Shown piece by piece: positions 1 to 10,520 of a stretch of DNA of 64,000 bases. The position numbers and the translations under genes were made by a program. The notes beneath the pieces are model-generated. The model saw nothing but the letters and a program-made list of their open reading frames with translations. It had not been told where the DNA came from and searched no databases. Source of the DNA: Phoronis australis (Eukaryota; Animalia; Phoronida); NCBI GenBank assembly GCA_002633005.1, contig NMRA01000443.1, positions 145,054 through 209,053 of the forward strand, written 5' to 3'. Within the stretch, counting starts at the first letter, position 1. Each line of letters begins with the position of its first letter.

Positions 1-1038
1 AAGGTAGGTAATTTGAAAACACCGTTTATGGTCGGGTGATAAAACACATAGCTCTGCATTCGAAAAGCTTTTCGTAACAATTATGAAGGTAGAACACTAT
101 TCCATATTTTTGGAGACGTTTGTTGGACAAAACTGCCAAAGACAAAATTAACTGGTTAGTTGTTTATCATACTGATACTGGAAAGTTTCTGTGGTCACCA
201 ACATGACCATTCATACCACGTGTCAAAATTGTGCTACGAAAACCAAACCACTGATATAGAGTTTTAGGTATTTCTAATATAATCGACCAATTCGATGTAC
301 GAATTCAATAGCCTGCAGGTCGTGTATCTCTGTCTTACTCAATGTGAACAACGTTAACCATGAATCAGCTTTTCAAATAACACAAAATATTTCCACTCCG
401 TGATAGAAATAAAAATAATTTCAAGTCAACAATATGTTAATCAAACATCAGCAACTGACTGCCAAAAACACTGCTACGATTGGCAAACCACGGCTCGCGG
501 CAAAATTTGACCTGTTTAAACCAATCACAGAATGTTCTCTAGTTTCCTTTTGGAGGCAGAAATCAATTTCTATTGCAAGAAAAAGTTTTAGGCCAGTTTC
601 TTAAAGATAATCAGATTACTTTATTCTTTTCTGCAGCTGTTTCGGCTGTAGGCTGGGAGGAAAGGCTGTCCAGACTGAGAGATACTTTTATGTTAACGAT
701 TTGACCCTTATACACGGATGCGCTCCGCAAACGCAAGACTGTCCACACAGCACGAGCGGATAATAGTCTATTAAAATAGGTGGCAATAGCATGTGTAGTC
801 ACTGAAGTATCTAGATATTCACTGCATCCATTCTGTGTTATGAAGGTTACGCAAGACCACGTAAAACCACTCCAGTGAAAAGCGAGTATTTCGCAAAATA
901 CCCTCGTGAGCAGACGTGACCTTACTCCAGCGGCGGATCTAGGATACCATAAGGGGGGGCCCAACACTTTGTCTCGGGCAATCGCGTAAACCACGACTGC
1001 ATGCGCGCAACCAGCCGGAAATGAAGGAGGGCTTGGAC

Positions 1039-1204
1039 TGTTGAAATAAATCACTTTTGGTTGCAAAAAAAGAAAACCGCAACACGTGGTGAGAATGACC
1101 CAATCTATTGTCAAAAAAAAAACTAACTACAACGAAACAACTAATCGTACTAATGCGGTCGATGTAACGTAGAAGGAACTTAAACTAATAAATGATTTTC
1201 AACA
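1039..1204 (-). repeat. 3' LTR of copia element
   Basis: TGTTGAAA...TTTTCAACA, near-identical to 4279-4444 and adjacent to the PPT. Confidence 0.96.
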
Positions 1205-1362
1205 CTCCTCCTCAGTTGTTAGTGTTTAAGTTCAATCATAACTAATAAAAGACTTTCTCAAAGTCCTCAATACAGGTATGATAAAGTATTCACTAGACGT
1301 TGACTAATAAATGCCAACACTCCTCACTTATGTTAACCGTTGAGCAACTAACAAACTAATGT

Positions 1363-4120
1363 TTAACTAACACCTGCCATGGCCCTGAGTTTTTCAAATG
1401 TTTCTCTTGGCAATGGCTTCGTCAACATGTCTGCTATCATTAGTGCACTGCAACAATACTTTAAGTCAATAGAACCAGTGCTGACCAGATCACGGATAAA
1501 GTGATGTTTGATTTTAATATGTTTGGCACGACCATGAAATTTTTGATTGTGACACATTGATATGGCTGCCTGGTTATCCTCAAAAATAGTTACCGGTTTT
1601 TTGAATTCCACTCAACTCGAGCACAAGTTTGGAAAGCCACATGGCTTCTTGCGCAGCCATCCCCAAGGCAACATACTCCGCTTCAGCTGATGACAGAGCA
1701 ACACATGATTGACGTTTGCTTCTCCAGCTGACAACTGATCCAGTCACATAAAAAATATATCCAGATGTCGAATACGATATCTCCTCTCCAGTCGGAGTCG
1801 GAATATCTAACACAGTCCGAGAGCTCACTACTTGGAAATCGCAATCCGAAATGAACCGTTCCTTTCAAGTATCGCATTTTCCGCTTAACAGCAGACCAGT
1901 GCTGTTCGGTCGGTTTCGAGCAGAACTGAGAAACACGACTCACTGCAAATGCTATATCTGGCCTTGTCCACTGACTCAGATATAGTAAACTTCCAACAGC
2001 AGACTGATATAATTCCTGATCAAAAGTAGCAACATCATTTGGTTCANTGTATTCGTCAAACACAACATCACGAGTAAGAATGACTCAATCACGAGTTATA
2101 TCATACACACGATATGCCTTACTATCAGGTGCATAACCCAGAAAGATGGTCTTCCTAGATTTTGAATCAAACTTTGAACGTTCGTCCTTAGGGATATGTG
2201 CATATGCTCTGCAGCCAAAAACACGTAGAGTATCAACTCTCGGTTTCTCGCCCATCAAGGCCTCAAATGGAGTTTGACCTTTTACTGCCCTCGTAGGACT
2301 TCGGTTTTGCAAATAGGTAGCAGTGGAGACTGCCTCTGCCCAAAATTTCTGGGGCAAAAGCGATTCAGCAAGCATTGAGCGTGCAGTTTCGACAAGGGTG
2401 CGATTCATTCTTTCGGCAACTCCGTTTTGCTCTGGTGTCTTCGGAACAGTTACTTGGAGTCTGATTCCCTCTCGTCTGAGGTACTGTTCAAATTGCTTTG
2501 AAATGTACTCTCCTCCATTGTCAGATCTGAGAGTTCTGAGTTTCTGACCAGTAAGATTCTCAGCCATAGACTTCCATTCTAAAAAGGTATCGAATACCTG
2601 ATCCTTACGCTTGATGAAGTACACCCAAGTATACCGGGAATAATCGTCGACAAATGATAGAAAGTATTCACAGCCACTGAGGGAAGCTGTGCTCACTTTA
2701 CCATAAACATCAGTGTGCACGAGTCCCAGAGGAACATTGCTACGATGGGCCTTGCCTTCTGGAAAGCTGGCTCTGTGCAGTTTACCTTGAACACAAGGCT
2801 CACAAACTCCCAGTTCACAATCCGACTTACAGTCAAGTCCAATTGTCATCTTACTGCGTATCAATTGTTTCAAACTTTGGCCACCTAAATGTCCAAAACG
2901 ACGATGCCACAACTCAAACTGTGAGTTAGTCTCTGCTACTGACACACACTCAGTCACGGGATTTACATTTAAGTAATACAGGCCATCGACTTTACGGCCT
3001 TTTGCAACTGCTTTACCAACATCATTCATAATGTTACATTCAGTATCAGTAAATTCTATGGTGCCAAGTTTGCTGGTAGCTTGTGAAACGCTTAACAAAC
3101 TGAATGACAGGCCTGGTACAAACAGAACATTTTCTAACACGCATTTTGTGTTATTCCCGTTCAGGGAATCAAGTTCGAGTTCAACCGCTCCTTGGCCGGT
3201 TCCTTTTAAAACACGTCCATCCTCAAGCGTTACGTTTCTACTGTCCTGAAGCTCCGTAAACTCGGTATATTTTGCTCTGTCGTTGCACATGTGATGCTCC
3301 CGAGTCTATGATCCATTCATGAGTAGACCTTGCATTAGTAAGCTTTGCATTGATCAGCAAGCCAACAGACACCTCACTGTCACTGTCCTTAGTCGCAGTG
3401 TTGGCTGTATCGGCTTTGTATTTTGTATCACTGCCATCTTTGTTTGGACAATTACGTTTTATGTGACCATACAATTTACATCCATAACACTGAGGACCCT
3501 TGTTTGACCTAGTCTTTTCCCGAGCGACAAGTGCTTCCCCGGCTGACTGTTCGCTAAGTTTCCGCTCCTCGTGTAATAAACGCTCAGTCACTAATTCCAT
3601 CCTAGGCACCTCCTCGCAAGCTTCCAATGCTGTAACCAACACAGCATACATATCGGGAAGACTTGGAAGAAGATGCACAACACGATCTTCATCGTTTACT
3701 GGATCGCCAATAACTGGAAGTTCATTAAAAACCTCAGTCATGGATTTGATATGAGCACTGACGTCATCACCTGCATTTAACTTCAATGAATATATAGTTT
3801 CTTACGTAAATGCAGCTTATTTGCCCAAGTTTTCCTTTGAAACTGGTTCTGCAATTTCTGCCACACTTCACAGGGATCCACCGGGTCTCCTAGTATGTAC
3901 AACAAACTAGTGTCCACTGAGAGAACTATGGTAGCAAGTGCTTTGTCCCTTCTCACATTGTATTTCTCGAGTTTTGAAGCATCATCTCCCGAAAGAGGAA
4001 CTTCCTTACCCGCGACAATGCTCCCTAGGTCATCTTTCATCAGTGCCATTTGACACTGAACCTTCCACGTTGCTTAGTTTTTACCAACCAGCGGTGAAAT
4101 TACCGAAATCACTGATTTTT
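1363..4120 (-). pseudogene. Copia gag-pol, fragmented by stops and frameshifts
   Basis: Gag N-terminus (WKVQCQMALMKDDL), CCHC knuckle CYGCKLYGHIKRNC, protease WIIDSGAS, GAG-pre-integrase LWHRRFGH, integrase HTDV/RSDNGGEY/NGVAERMNRTL, RT C-terminus YQSAVGSLLYL..TRPDIAFAV, RNase H YSDSDW/SSAEAEY/EDNQAAI/ADMLTKPL. Spread over six ORFs; the RT core (YVDD) is not present. Confidence 0.93.
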
Positions 4121-4278
4121 CCGCACTCTTTGATTTTTCACGTTCAACAGTCGTCCGTCTTTCAAGTCCAAAAACAACGACACAACGTCACAAATCAACC
4201 TATTAGTGGCACACAAAAATCGTCCAGATTTCATTCAATTCCTCTACAAAGTCACAATAGCGTCCTGGGCCCATAACC

Positions 4279-4444
4279 TGTTGAAATAAATCACTTTTGG
4301 TTGCAAAAAAAGAAAACCGCAACACGTGGTGAGAATGACCCAATCTATTGTCTAAAAAAAAACTAAGTACAACGAAACAACTAATCGTACTAATGCGGTC
4401 GATGTAACGTAAAAGGAACTTAAACTAATAAATGATTTTCAACA
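4279..4444 (-). repeat. 5' LTR of copia element
   Basis: Near-identical to 1039-1204; directly abuts the PBS. Confidence 0.96.
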
Positions 4445-5278
4445 TGGACTTCTCAGAATGTGGACCTCCTTGCTGAAATGCAACCGCACCCCCCCCCCCC
4501 CCCCCCCCNNNNNNNNNNNNNNNNNNNNNNNNNNNNNNNNNNNNNNNNNNNNNNNNNNNNNNNNNNNNNNNNNNNNNNNNNNNNNNNNNNNNNNNNNNNN
4601 NNNCCCCCCCCCCCCCAGCCCCTAAATACGCCTATGTACTCAACTCATATATACTAGCAATTGAAGCTGGTGGTCAATGAAGTCATTGGTCGACGAGGCT
4701 GAAGTGTTGTATAATGTGATAGAATTATTTTTTCCATTCTAACGTGAAACTTTCTCGTCTCTAGTGCCTCGCGTTTACGGAACGCGACCCGGTATCTAAT
4801 TGCTTTTTAGCCCCGTGGCTGCAGACCCCACCTAAGGCCATTGGTTTCATTACCTGTTCAGGCACAAAGTGAACTCACTGTCAGACGACTATACAATCTG
4901 TCGTAAGCCTTTATCCCAAATGAACGCCTTATTTTACAATGTGTTGCGAACGTTGGTTCGTGAAAATCAAACTGTTTGTAAAAACTAATTGTGGTTAACG
5001 AGAAAAGAAAAGACAAGTCTGAAAAGACCGTTTTAGAGAGACCGCCGAGTTACGAGGAGGAAGGCAGGCAATCTAGTCCGATATGTTTGCTAGGGTAAAA
5101 GGCCTAAACGAAAAAATTAAGAAACATCACGTTTGTGGTCATCCTGAGCGTAGATGTACATGTATAGAGATAGATTGGACATAACTCATTGAACCGGACG
5201 TTGAATAACCGTAAAAGCACTAGGCTCGCCACGTGGCGTCATGTTGTTGTGTTGAACATAACGCTTAATCGTCGTGAG

Positions 5279-5320
5279 AGACCGTCCCGAGTTGGTATGT
5301 GGTGCAACTCGGGACGGTCT
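5279..5320. repeat. Perfect 16-bp inverted repeat (hairpin)
   Basis: AGACCGTCCCGAGTTG, a 10-nt spacer, then CAACTCGGGACGGTCT. Confidence 0.85.
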
Positions 5321-6016
5321 GGAGTCTACAGAAAACCATAGTTCAACTGTGAGTCTACACCAATGTGATAAACGAGAGTAGTTCTACTTGCTGCGTCAGC
5401 TGCTGGTATGCTTATCTCTTTTACGACACACAATGTGCGACTGGGCAAAGCGTTTTCAAAATAATGTGGATAAATCAGTGGAGTGTGAAACCCCTGAGGT
5501 CCCTGTCAAGTCCTCACGGCAATTTTACGTTATGGCTCACCGTAAACAAACCAGCGTGACCGTAGGCGGACAAGGGATCTTGCTATATCAAATACAAAAT
5601 AATAGAAAACAAGAACACACAACACAAAAATACGTTGAGCATTATTAGCGAGATACTTCAATAAATTAGGACTTATGAGGATTTTCATTTCACTTTCAAA
5701 ACACTTCAAAAGTGATCACTGGCCAAAGAGCATTTTGGTAGCTCTATTATCGAAACCGACCAAACGGTTCCGAAGTTAGATTCTTTTTGTCCACCGGCTT
5801 TCACCGCGATCCACAACACCAGGAAGAGATAACTACTCTTCCTGATAACACTCAGTTCCATGAATACAGAGCCACGTGATAGTCAATCTCTCGCACTACA
5901 TGCATACTCTATGATCCTGGGTAATTCGGATATTAATTAAGACTACGGAAATATCTCAGGTGTTCCAGACGCGTTTGTGACATAACGATGCTTCATCACA
6001 GTCCATTCCGTTGCAG

Positions 6017-6904
6017 GTACCTCTCATTTTGTACACTGTAGCTGGGTTCATATCTGCGTGCACACACATCCTGTCTACGTGCTCCGATCTGCGCATGAGC
6101 TTCAGAGAAAATGAAATCGAATTCATCAATTCCACCTTTAAAAACATATTCGCGGACAGTCCGAAGATGAAGCAATTCTATATCACCGGCACTCATCCTG
6201 CGTTGCACGTTACTGATTTGATCACGTTGATGTACTTCACATTCGATCTCGTTGCTAGGATTTTGTGCTGTCCGTCAATCAAAGAATTCAGATCGAATCA
6301 TAACAACGTTCTGGATGTGATATGTCTCGTTGTCGGATGGATTCAGTTCTCATGCATAACAATGTACGCAGAGGCTGTCACCAGTTTACGGAAATTGTCA
6401 ACAACAACGTACCAGGTCGTCATTAATCTGATTATGATTATGAAAACCCTTGCCATCCTTCGAATATCGAGATTCGTCCGTTTCATCTCGACAACCATGA
6501 CAGGAAAAGCAATCTGGCTAACTTTAAAATCCTGTTGGAAAGTCACTTTGTGTCTTTTAATATATTTAGTGAGCCTTTCCTACGTGTTTGGAAGTTTGGC
6601 GTACACGTGCGAACTCAGCGACCCGTACAATATGCCAAGTATACCGCACGCCATCTGGTGGGCACTCATCACCATGACGACCGTTGGATATGGTGACGAA
6701 GTACCGAAAACAGTCTTAGGGAAAGTGGTCGGTGGTTTTTGTGCAATGACTGGAATCGTTTCTACGGCACTTGTCGTAGCCGTTGTCAGTGAAAAATTCT
6801 CCACTACCTTAGAGAATCTGAATAGAGAACAAACCCAAATATCTTCGGCCAGGCGGAACACCCTAATTCGCTTGTGCAGCGCTTTAAGAAGTACGAGAAT
6901 GTAA
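6017..6904 (+). CDS. Voltage-gated K+ channel (Kv, Shaker superfamily) S1-S6 exon, divergent; 5' exon(s) with T1 domain not identified
   Basis: Open frame after acceptor TTGCAG|GTA. S2 YFTFDLVARILCCP, S3 NNVLDVI, S4 MKTLAILRISRFVRF, pore SIPHAIWWALITMTTVGYGDEVPKT and S6 GKVVGGFCAMTGIV are all present; stop TAA at 6904. Confidence 0.9.
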   Translation, partial: VPLILYTVAGFISACTHILSTCSDLRMSFRENEIEFINSTFKNIFADSPKMKQFYITGTHPALHVTDLITLMYFTFDLVARILCCPSIKEFRSNHNNVLDVICLVVGWIQFSCITMYAEAVTSLRKLSTTTYQVVINLIMIMKTLAILRISRFVRFISTTMTGKAIWLTLKSCWKVTLCLLIYLVSLSYVFGSLAYTCELSDPYNMPSIPHAIWWALITMTTVGYGDEVPKTVLGKVVGGFCAMTGIVSTALVVAVVSEKFSTTLENLNREQTQISSARRNTLIRLCSALRSTRM

Positions 6905-7205
6905 GGTTATGCAAGTCATTTCGTTTGTCTATTTATGGGTCTGTTGACGTCAGCGATCATGAAGGTGTTAGTACATACCTATTTACAAAGAATAGTTTAT
7001 TTTAGCATTTTCAAATATCTAAAAAGATTTAAAGTAGCACTTCCTTTCATTTTAATTACTGATCAGTCGCTAAAGAGTCGTTAAATATGCTAGGCATGCG
7101 AATCAAACTGCTACCGTAGGCCCTATATGAGCACCTTTCGGTCCATGCGCCTATATTTAAAGCTTCAACCGTATCAGAAATCAAGCGCATGCTCCTATAC
7201 GCAAA

Positions 7206-7325
7206 GCACGAGGTAATCTGGCCTATTGGGATATGTCGGCCTCCTTTACTAAAGGTCGTGGGTTCGGGTCCCACTGGGGTACACTGACAGACACTTGAAT
7301 CAGGATTCTAGCTCCTCAGTTCAGT
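7206..7325 (+). mobile_element. tRNA-derived SINE copy
   Basis: A-box-like GGCCTATTGG and B-box-like GGTTCGGGTCCC followed by CACTG..ACACT..CTTGAATCAGG..CTAGCTCCTC. Same family as the minus-strand copies at ~32590-32700 and ~42578-42690. Confidence 0.65.
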
Positions 7326-7780
7326 TCCAACTACATATTAATAAAGCATGAAATTGGTCCCAGGTGATCAGTACAATGGGCCTACCACAGCTGTTCACCG
7401 CAACACATTTAGTTAAAGCAAGGTTATGTAATCACTTATGGCTCTTTGCCTAGGCTAACAGGGCGACATCTGTTGGATCAGTTTTTACTATAACATACCC
7501 AAGTTGGTTCAAAGGTCTTCTGCATTTAATATTGAGACAACTTGACACTGCAGACTTAATTGAATTATAGCCAAAGCATACAATAACATTCCTGGCTGGT
7601 CCAGTCCAAAATATATCGGGGGTTAAGATTGAAATATGATGTTGAAAGTGAACAACAGACTCTTGCATCAAAAATAGTTACGCCATTTCAAACGTAATTT
7701 TTTCATATAAAAAAGTTTTTTTAGATAATCTGTTGTTATACAACAAAAATATTATATTTTTTCCACTAGTTTAAATAAAA

Positions 7781-8107
7781 ATGAAAGCGCTCCGAGGAGC
7801 GAAACGTGGCGAAATTAACCAAAAAGATGACGATAAAGATGATGACGATGATGACGAATATGACGACGATGGTGGCGAGGATGAACAAAAGAAGTAATAA
7901 TAACATACACATGACGAACGTAGAAGTCCGAAAGCAGTATGAAAAAGGCTACAGTCTTGAGCGACACTTGGCGAAATTAACGGAAAAGACAACGACGGAG
8001 ATGATGACGAAGATGATGACGATGATGACGAATACGATGATGGTGGTGGCGATGATGAACAACATCACAACAGTCATATGACGAACTTAGATGTCATAAA
8101 TCAATAA
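7781..8107 (+). repeat. Two ~160-bp diverged direct repeats encoding poly-Asp peptides
   Basis: Unit 1 reads MKALRGAKRGEINQKDDDKDDDDDDEYDDDGGEDEQKK* (7781-7897). Unit 2 reads GEINGKDNDGDDDEDDDDDDEYDDGGGDDEQHHNSH... (from ~7970). Confidence 0.7.
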
Positions 8108-8156
8108 GAAATAGTCTACAGTCTAGTTCAATAGAAGATAAACCAACATCAATGCA

Positions 8157-9000
8157 GCAAGAGCGCTCAACAAAGGAACAGCGTTATCATAAAATCTCAA
8201 ATAACTCAAAAAGTAGACGTCCTAGCGAAAAATGGAAAACATCTCCTGAAAGCCCGTTCAAAATTCTACCTAAACTGATGATATCGCCTAATTCCGTAAA
8301 TTTTTCGAACAAAATGAAATTTTGCGTTTTTTTTAAAGAAATTCAAAGTCAAATAACTCGAAAACGGTAAGTCTGAGAAAAAATTGTTACAGACCATTTG
8401 AAAGAATATACTTCAAAGAATCCACATGCAAAAAATCACGTCTTTTTCTCTTCCCGTTTAAAATCGCACTCCAGCACGGCTGAAAATGGGTCAACATGCG
8501 CCAGATCCGCCATCTTGAAAGCAACTTCTGGTTTTTTGGCTTTGTATAATAGCATGTCATAAGAAACTAATACCTGTAAAAATTCGAAGGAATTGGTCAT
8601 ATAATGCGCCTTCTACAGGAGAAAACGTTTTTAGGCCAAAATCGAGGTGCGCATGCGCGGTCGCCGATATTTCCGCCATATTTAACCGGAAGTGAACAAT
8701 TTCCGAGATACTTGTAGCAAACTTCCGGTCCATTTACTGTGCCTATTCTTAGCCTTTTACGTAAAAAATTGTAGCCTCCAGAAGCATTTGAACCTTTAAA
8801 TGAAAAAAATAGCCGTCACAGCCGCCATCTTGGATCCGATTTTGACGAAAAACAATAGGCTTGCAGTACTTCCGGAAGTACGTGTTATGTGTAAATTTCG
8901 TGATGATCGGACGAAAATTGCGACCTGTATCGTGCGACCAAACAAAAAAAAACTTAGTGGAAGAGCAACATATTTGGCGAAATTTATTTCGCCAAGTAAT
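8157..9000 (+). mobile_element. Non-autonomous Helentron-associated (HINE/DINE-like) element
   Basis: Non-coding, with recurrent CCGCCATCTT/CCGGAAGT motifs and a 3' subterminal hairpin TTGGCGAAAT-TT-ATTTCGCCAA (8974-8995) a few nt before the end. The 5' boundary is approximate. Confidence 0.5.
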
Positions 9001-10520
9001 CACTTAGTTGGCATATGTCAAATTAGTATGGTAGAGCATCTTTTCCCCCTGTTTCCCCCCTACATTTGCAGTTCAACTCTCCTAAAATCCAGTTACTGAA
9101 ACAGGATGTCACTCTGCTTTTATTTACTATCCAAAGAGACAAATAGCAAATGAACTTTACACTACAGTATTAGACAGTAACAAAATGTATAGGATTTGTT
9201 TCTATCTCTACACATAGGATTTGTGTACACTAACTGAGGTCAGAGCAAGAAGGTGAGTCCAGTTGACCAGTGATTGTAATTTGTTCTGAGTTCCGGTGAA
9301 TTCTTTGTCCAGTGTTTTTTCATCACTGAAGTAACTGAGAGTAATGGGTTCCTAATTCCCACAAATGTAATTTTAAATGTGTTGAATGTCAGTTTTATGG
9401 ATGGATTCCCCTCCTTGCTCTCCAAGTAGTCCTAACCCAAATCAGGTTTCTCTCAAAGAGGATATGACATGATTCACGAGTCAGTGCTGCTAAAATGCGA
9501 GAATCAGAGAATGCACACCTATAATATTTCAAGTATTCTCGGATACATAAGTGAGCATTGTCTATTTCTTATTCGACATGTAATTACTAGGTCAGAGGCT
9601 TTTATGAACACTAGAATACAGTCTGGTCAGTTTGGAGAATTTAGTACTGATTGCCACTGCTTTGTTTATCATACACATGTCTCTCGTCAGTGCTTGTGTT
9701 ATGTTCACACTTGAATTCGATTCAGTTATGTACGTGTTGCAGTGATTACCAATTAGTGATTTACCGTGATGGACTTGTCTATGTATTGTAAGTTGCTTTA
9801 ACGACTGAAGATGTTTAGTTAAATGACCTTCTCCATACGATAAAATACTATTTGGATATTCCCCTTCTAACTGCGCTTTAAGTTCAGGTAATTTTTACTG
9901 AATATGAAGTTTTCTAGTGTTATTCCGAGCTAACCGTGCAAAAGAGAATTACCTCCTCACCGACGTCTAATCGCTCGAACTCATTCTCCAGGTTACTAAT
10001 TTACCTCCTTAAGTATATTTATTTTTTCAGGCGTTTGACATGCAACTTGTATAAACTGGTCTCCGTTTAGCACTGGCAATTGAATGATAACATTTAGAAC
10101 AAAAGTATTGTGAAAGCGGTTTAGGGTCATCCGAGCGAACATCTATTCCAAAATGAAAAGCATTAGGATCAATGTATTTACTGCATAAAACATTTTTTTT
10201 ACCTTTTGAGTAACATAAGTTGCAAAGACAGATACGGCAGAGGTAAAGAAATGCTTTGTTTGTGAAAACCGTCATGCATGTCTGACATTTTTTATGAAAC
10301 TAACCATGTTACAGTCCTGGTAAGTTCCTTAATAGGACTGCAACATGATTATTTGCTTAAAAGTAAAATGCTGGCAACTATAACACCAAAATCAGACCAA
10401 AGTAGTCCTGAAAAGTCATAAGGAAAAACACAATTCTATAACAACTGATGTCCCAAATCGCATAAAAAATCAGTACGAACTACTTCAAATTTTGGAAAAT
10501 TCTGACATGCCAACTTGACA
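9001..10520 (-). mobile_element. Decayed CMC/Transib-related (Chapaev or RAG1-like) DNA transposon
   Basis: Starts CACTTAGTTGGCATATGTCAAAATT at 9001, with a partial inverted copy AAAATTCTGACATGCCAACT at ~10496-10515. Encloses the minus-strand transposase relic. Confidence 0.65.
9240..10288 (-). pseudogene. Transposase relic with RAG1-N-terminal/Chapa domain and C-terminal catalytic-region motifs
   Basis: MSDMHDGFHKQ/(frameshift)AFLYLCRICLC...FHFGIDVRSDDPKPLSQYFCSKCY (10288-10080); IHRQVHHGKSLIGNHC (9739-9786); IREYLKYYRCAF; NHVISSLRET*FGLGLLGEQGGESIHK (9395-9480). Stops, frameshifts and a large central deletion. Confidence 0.8.

Larger units (their letters stand above)
1039..4444 (-). mobile_element. 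Ty1/copia LTR retrotransposon, structurally complete ends, coding region inactivated
   Basis: Two 166-bp TG...CA LTRs (1039-1204, 4279-4444) differ at 3 positions. 5-bp TSD TGGAC (1034-1038, 4445-4449). PBS GGTTATGGGCCCAG (minus strand, 4265-4278) and PPT TGAGGAGGAG (minus strand, 1205-1214). Domain order gag-PR-IN-RT-RH. Confidence 0.97.
928..4636. mobile_element. Small non-autonomous TIR element (MITE-like) interrupted by the copia insertion
   Basis: Left end CAGCGGCGGATCTAGG at 928 and right end CCTAAATACGCCTATG ending 4636 form imperfect inverted repeats. G/C tracts lie inside both ends, and TACTC flanks both sides (923-927, 4637-4641). Confidence 0.5.

Noticed and set aside
52-703. Possible small plus-strand exons (52-154, ...WTKLPKTKLT; 636-703, VSAVGWEERLSRLRDTFMLTI*) as the missing Kv T1 domain
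   Set aside because: Only a vague resemblance to a T1 start. The joined frame stops early and lacks the diagnostic FFDR/ELxFW motifs.
611-1114. 167-aa minus-strand ORF
   Set aside because: Starts inside the copia LTR, runs through a MITE and shows no recognisable domain; likely a chance ORF.
2323-3754. Plus-strand ORFs within the copia element
   Set aside because: Antisense shadows of the gag-pol frame.
4488-4616. Poly-Pro ORF 4460-4657
   Set aside because: It is a poly-C tract flanking an N gap, not coding evidence.
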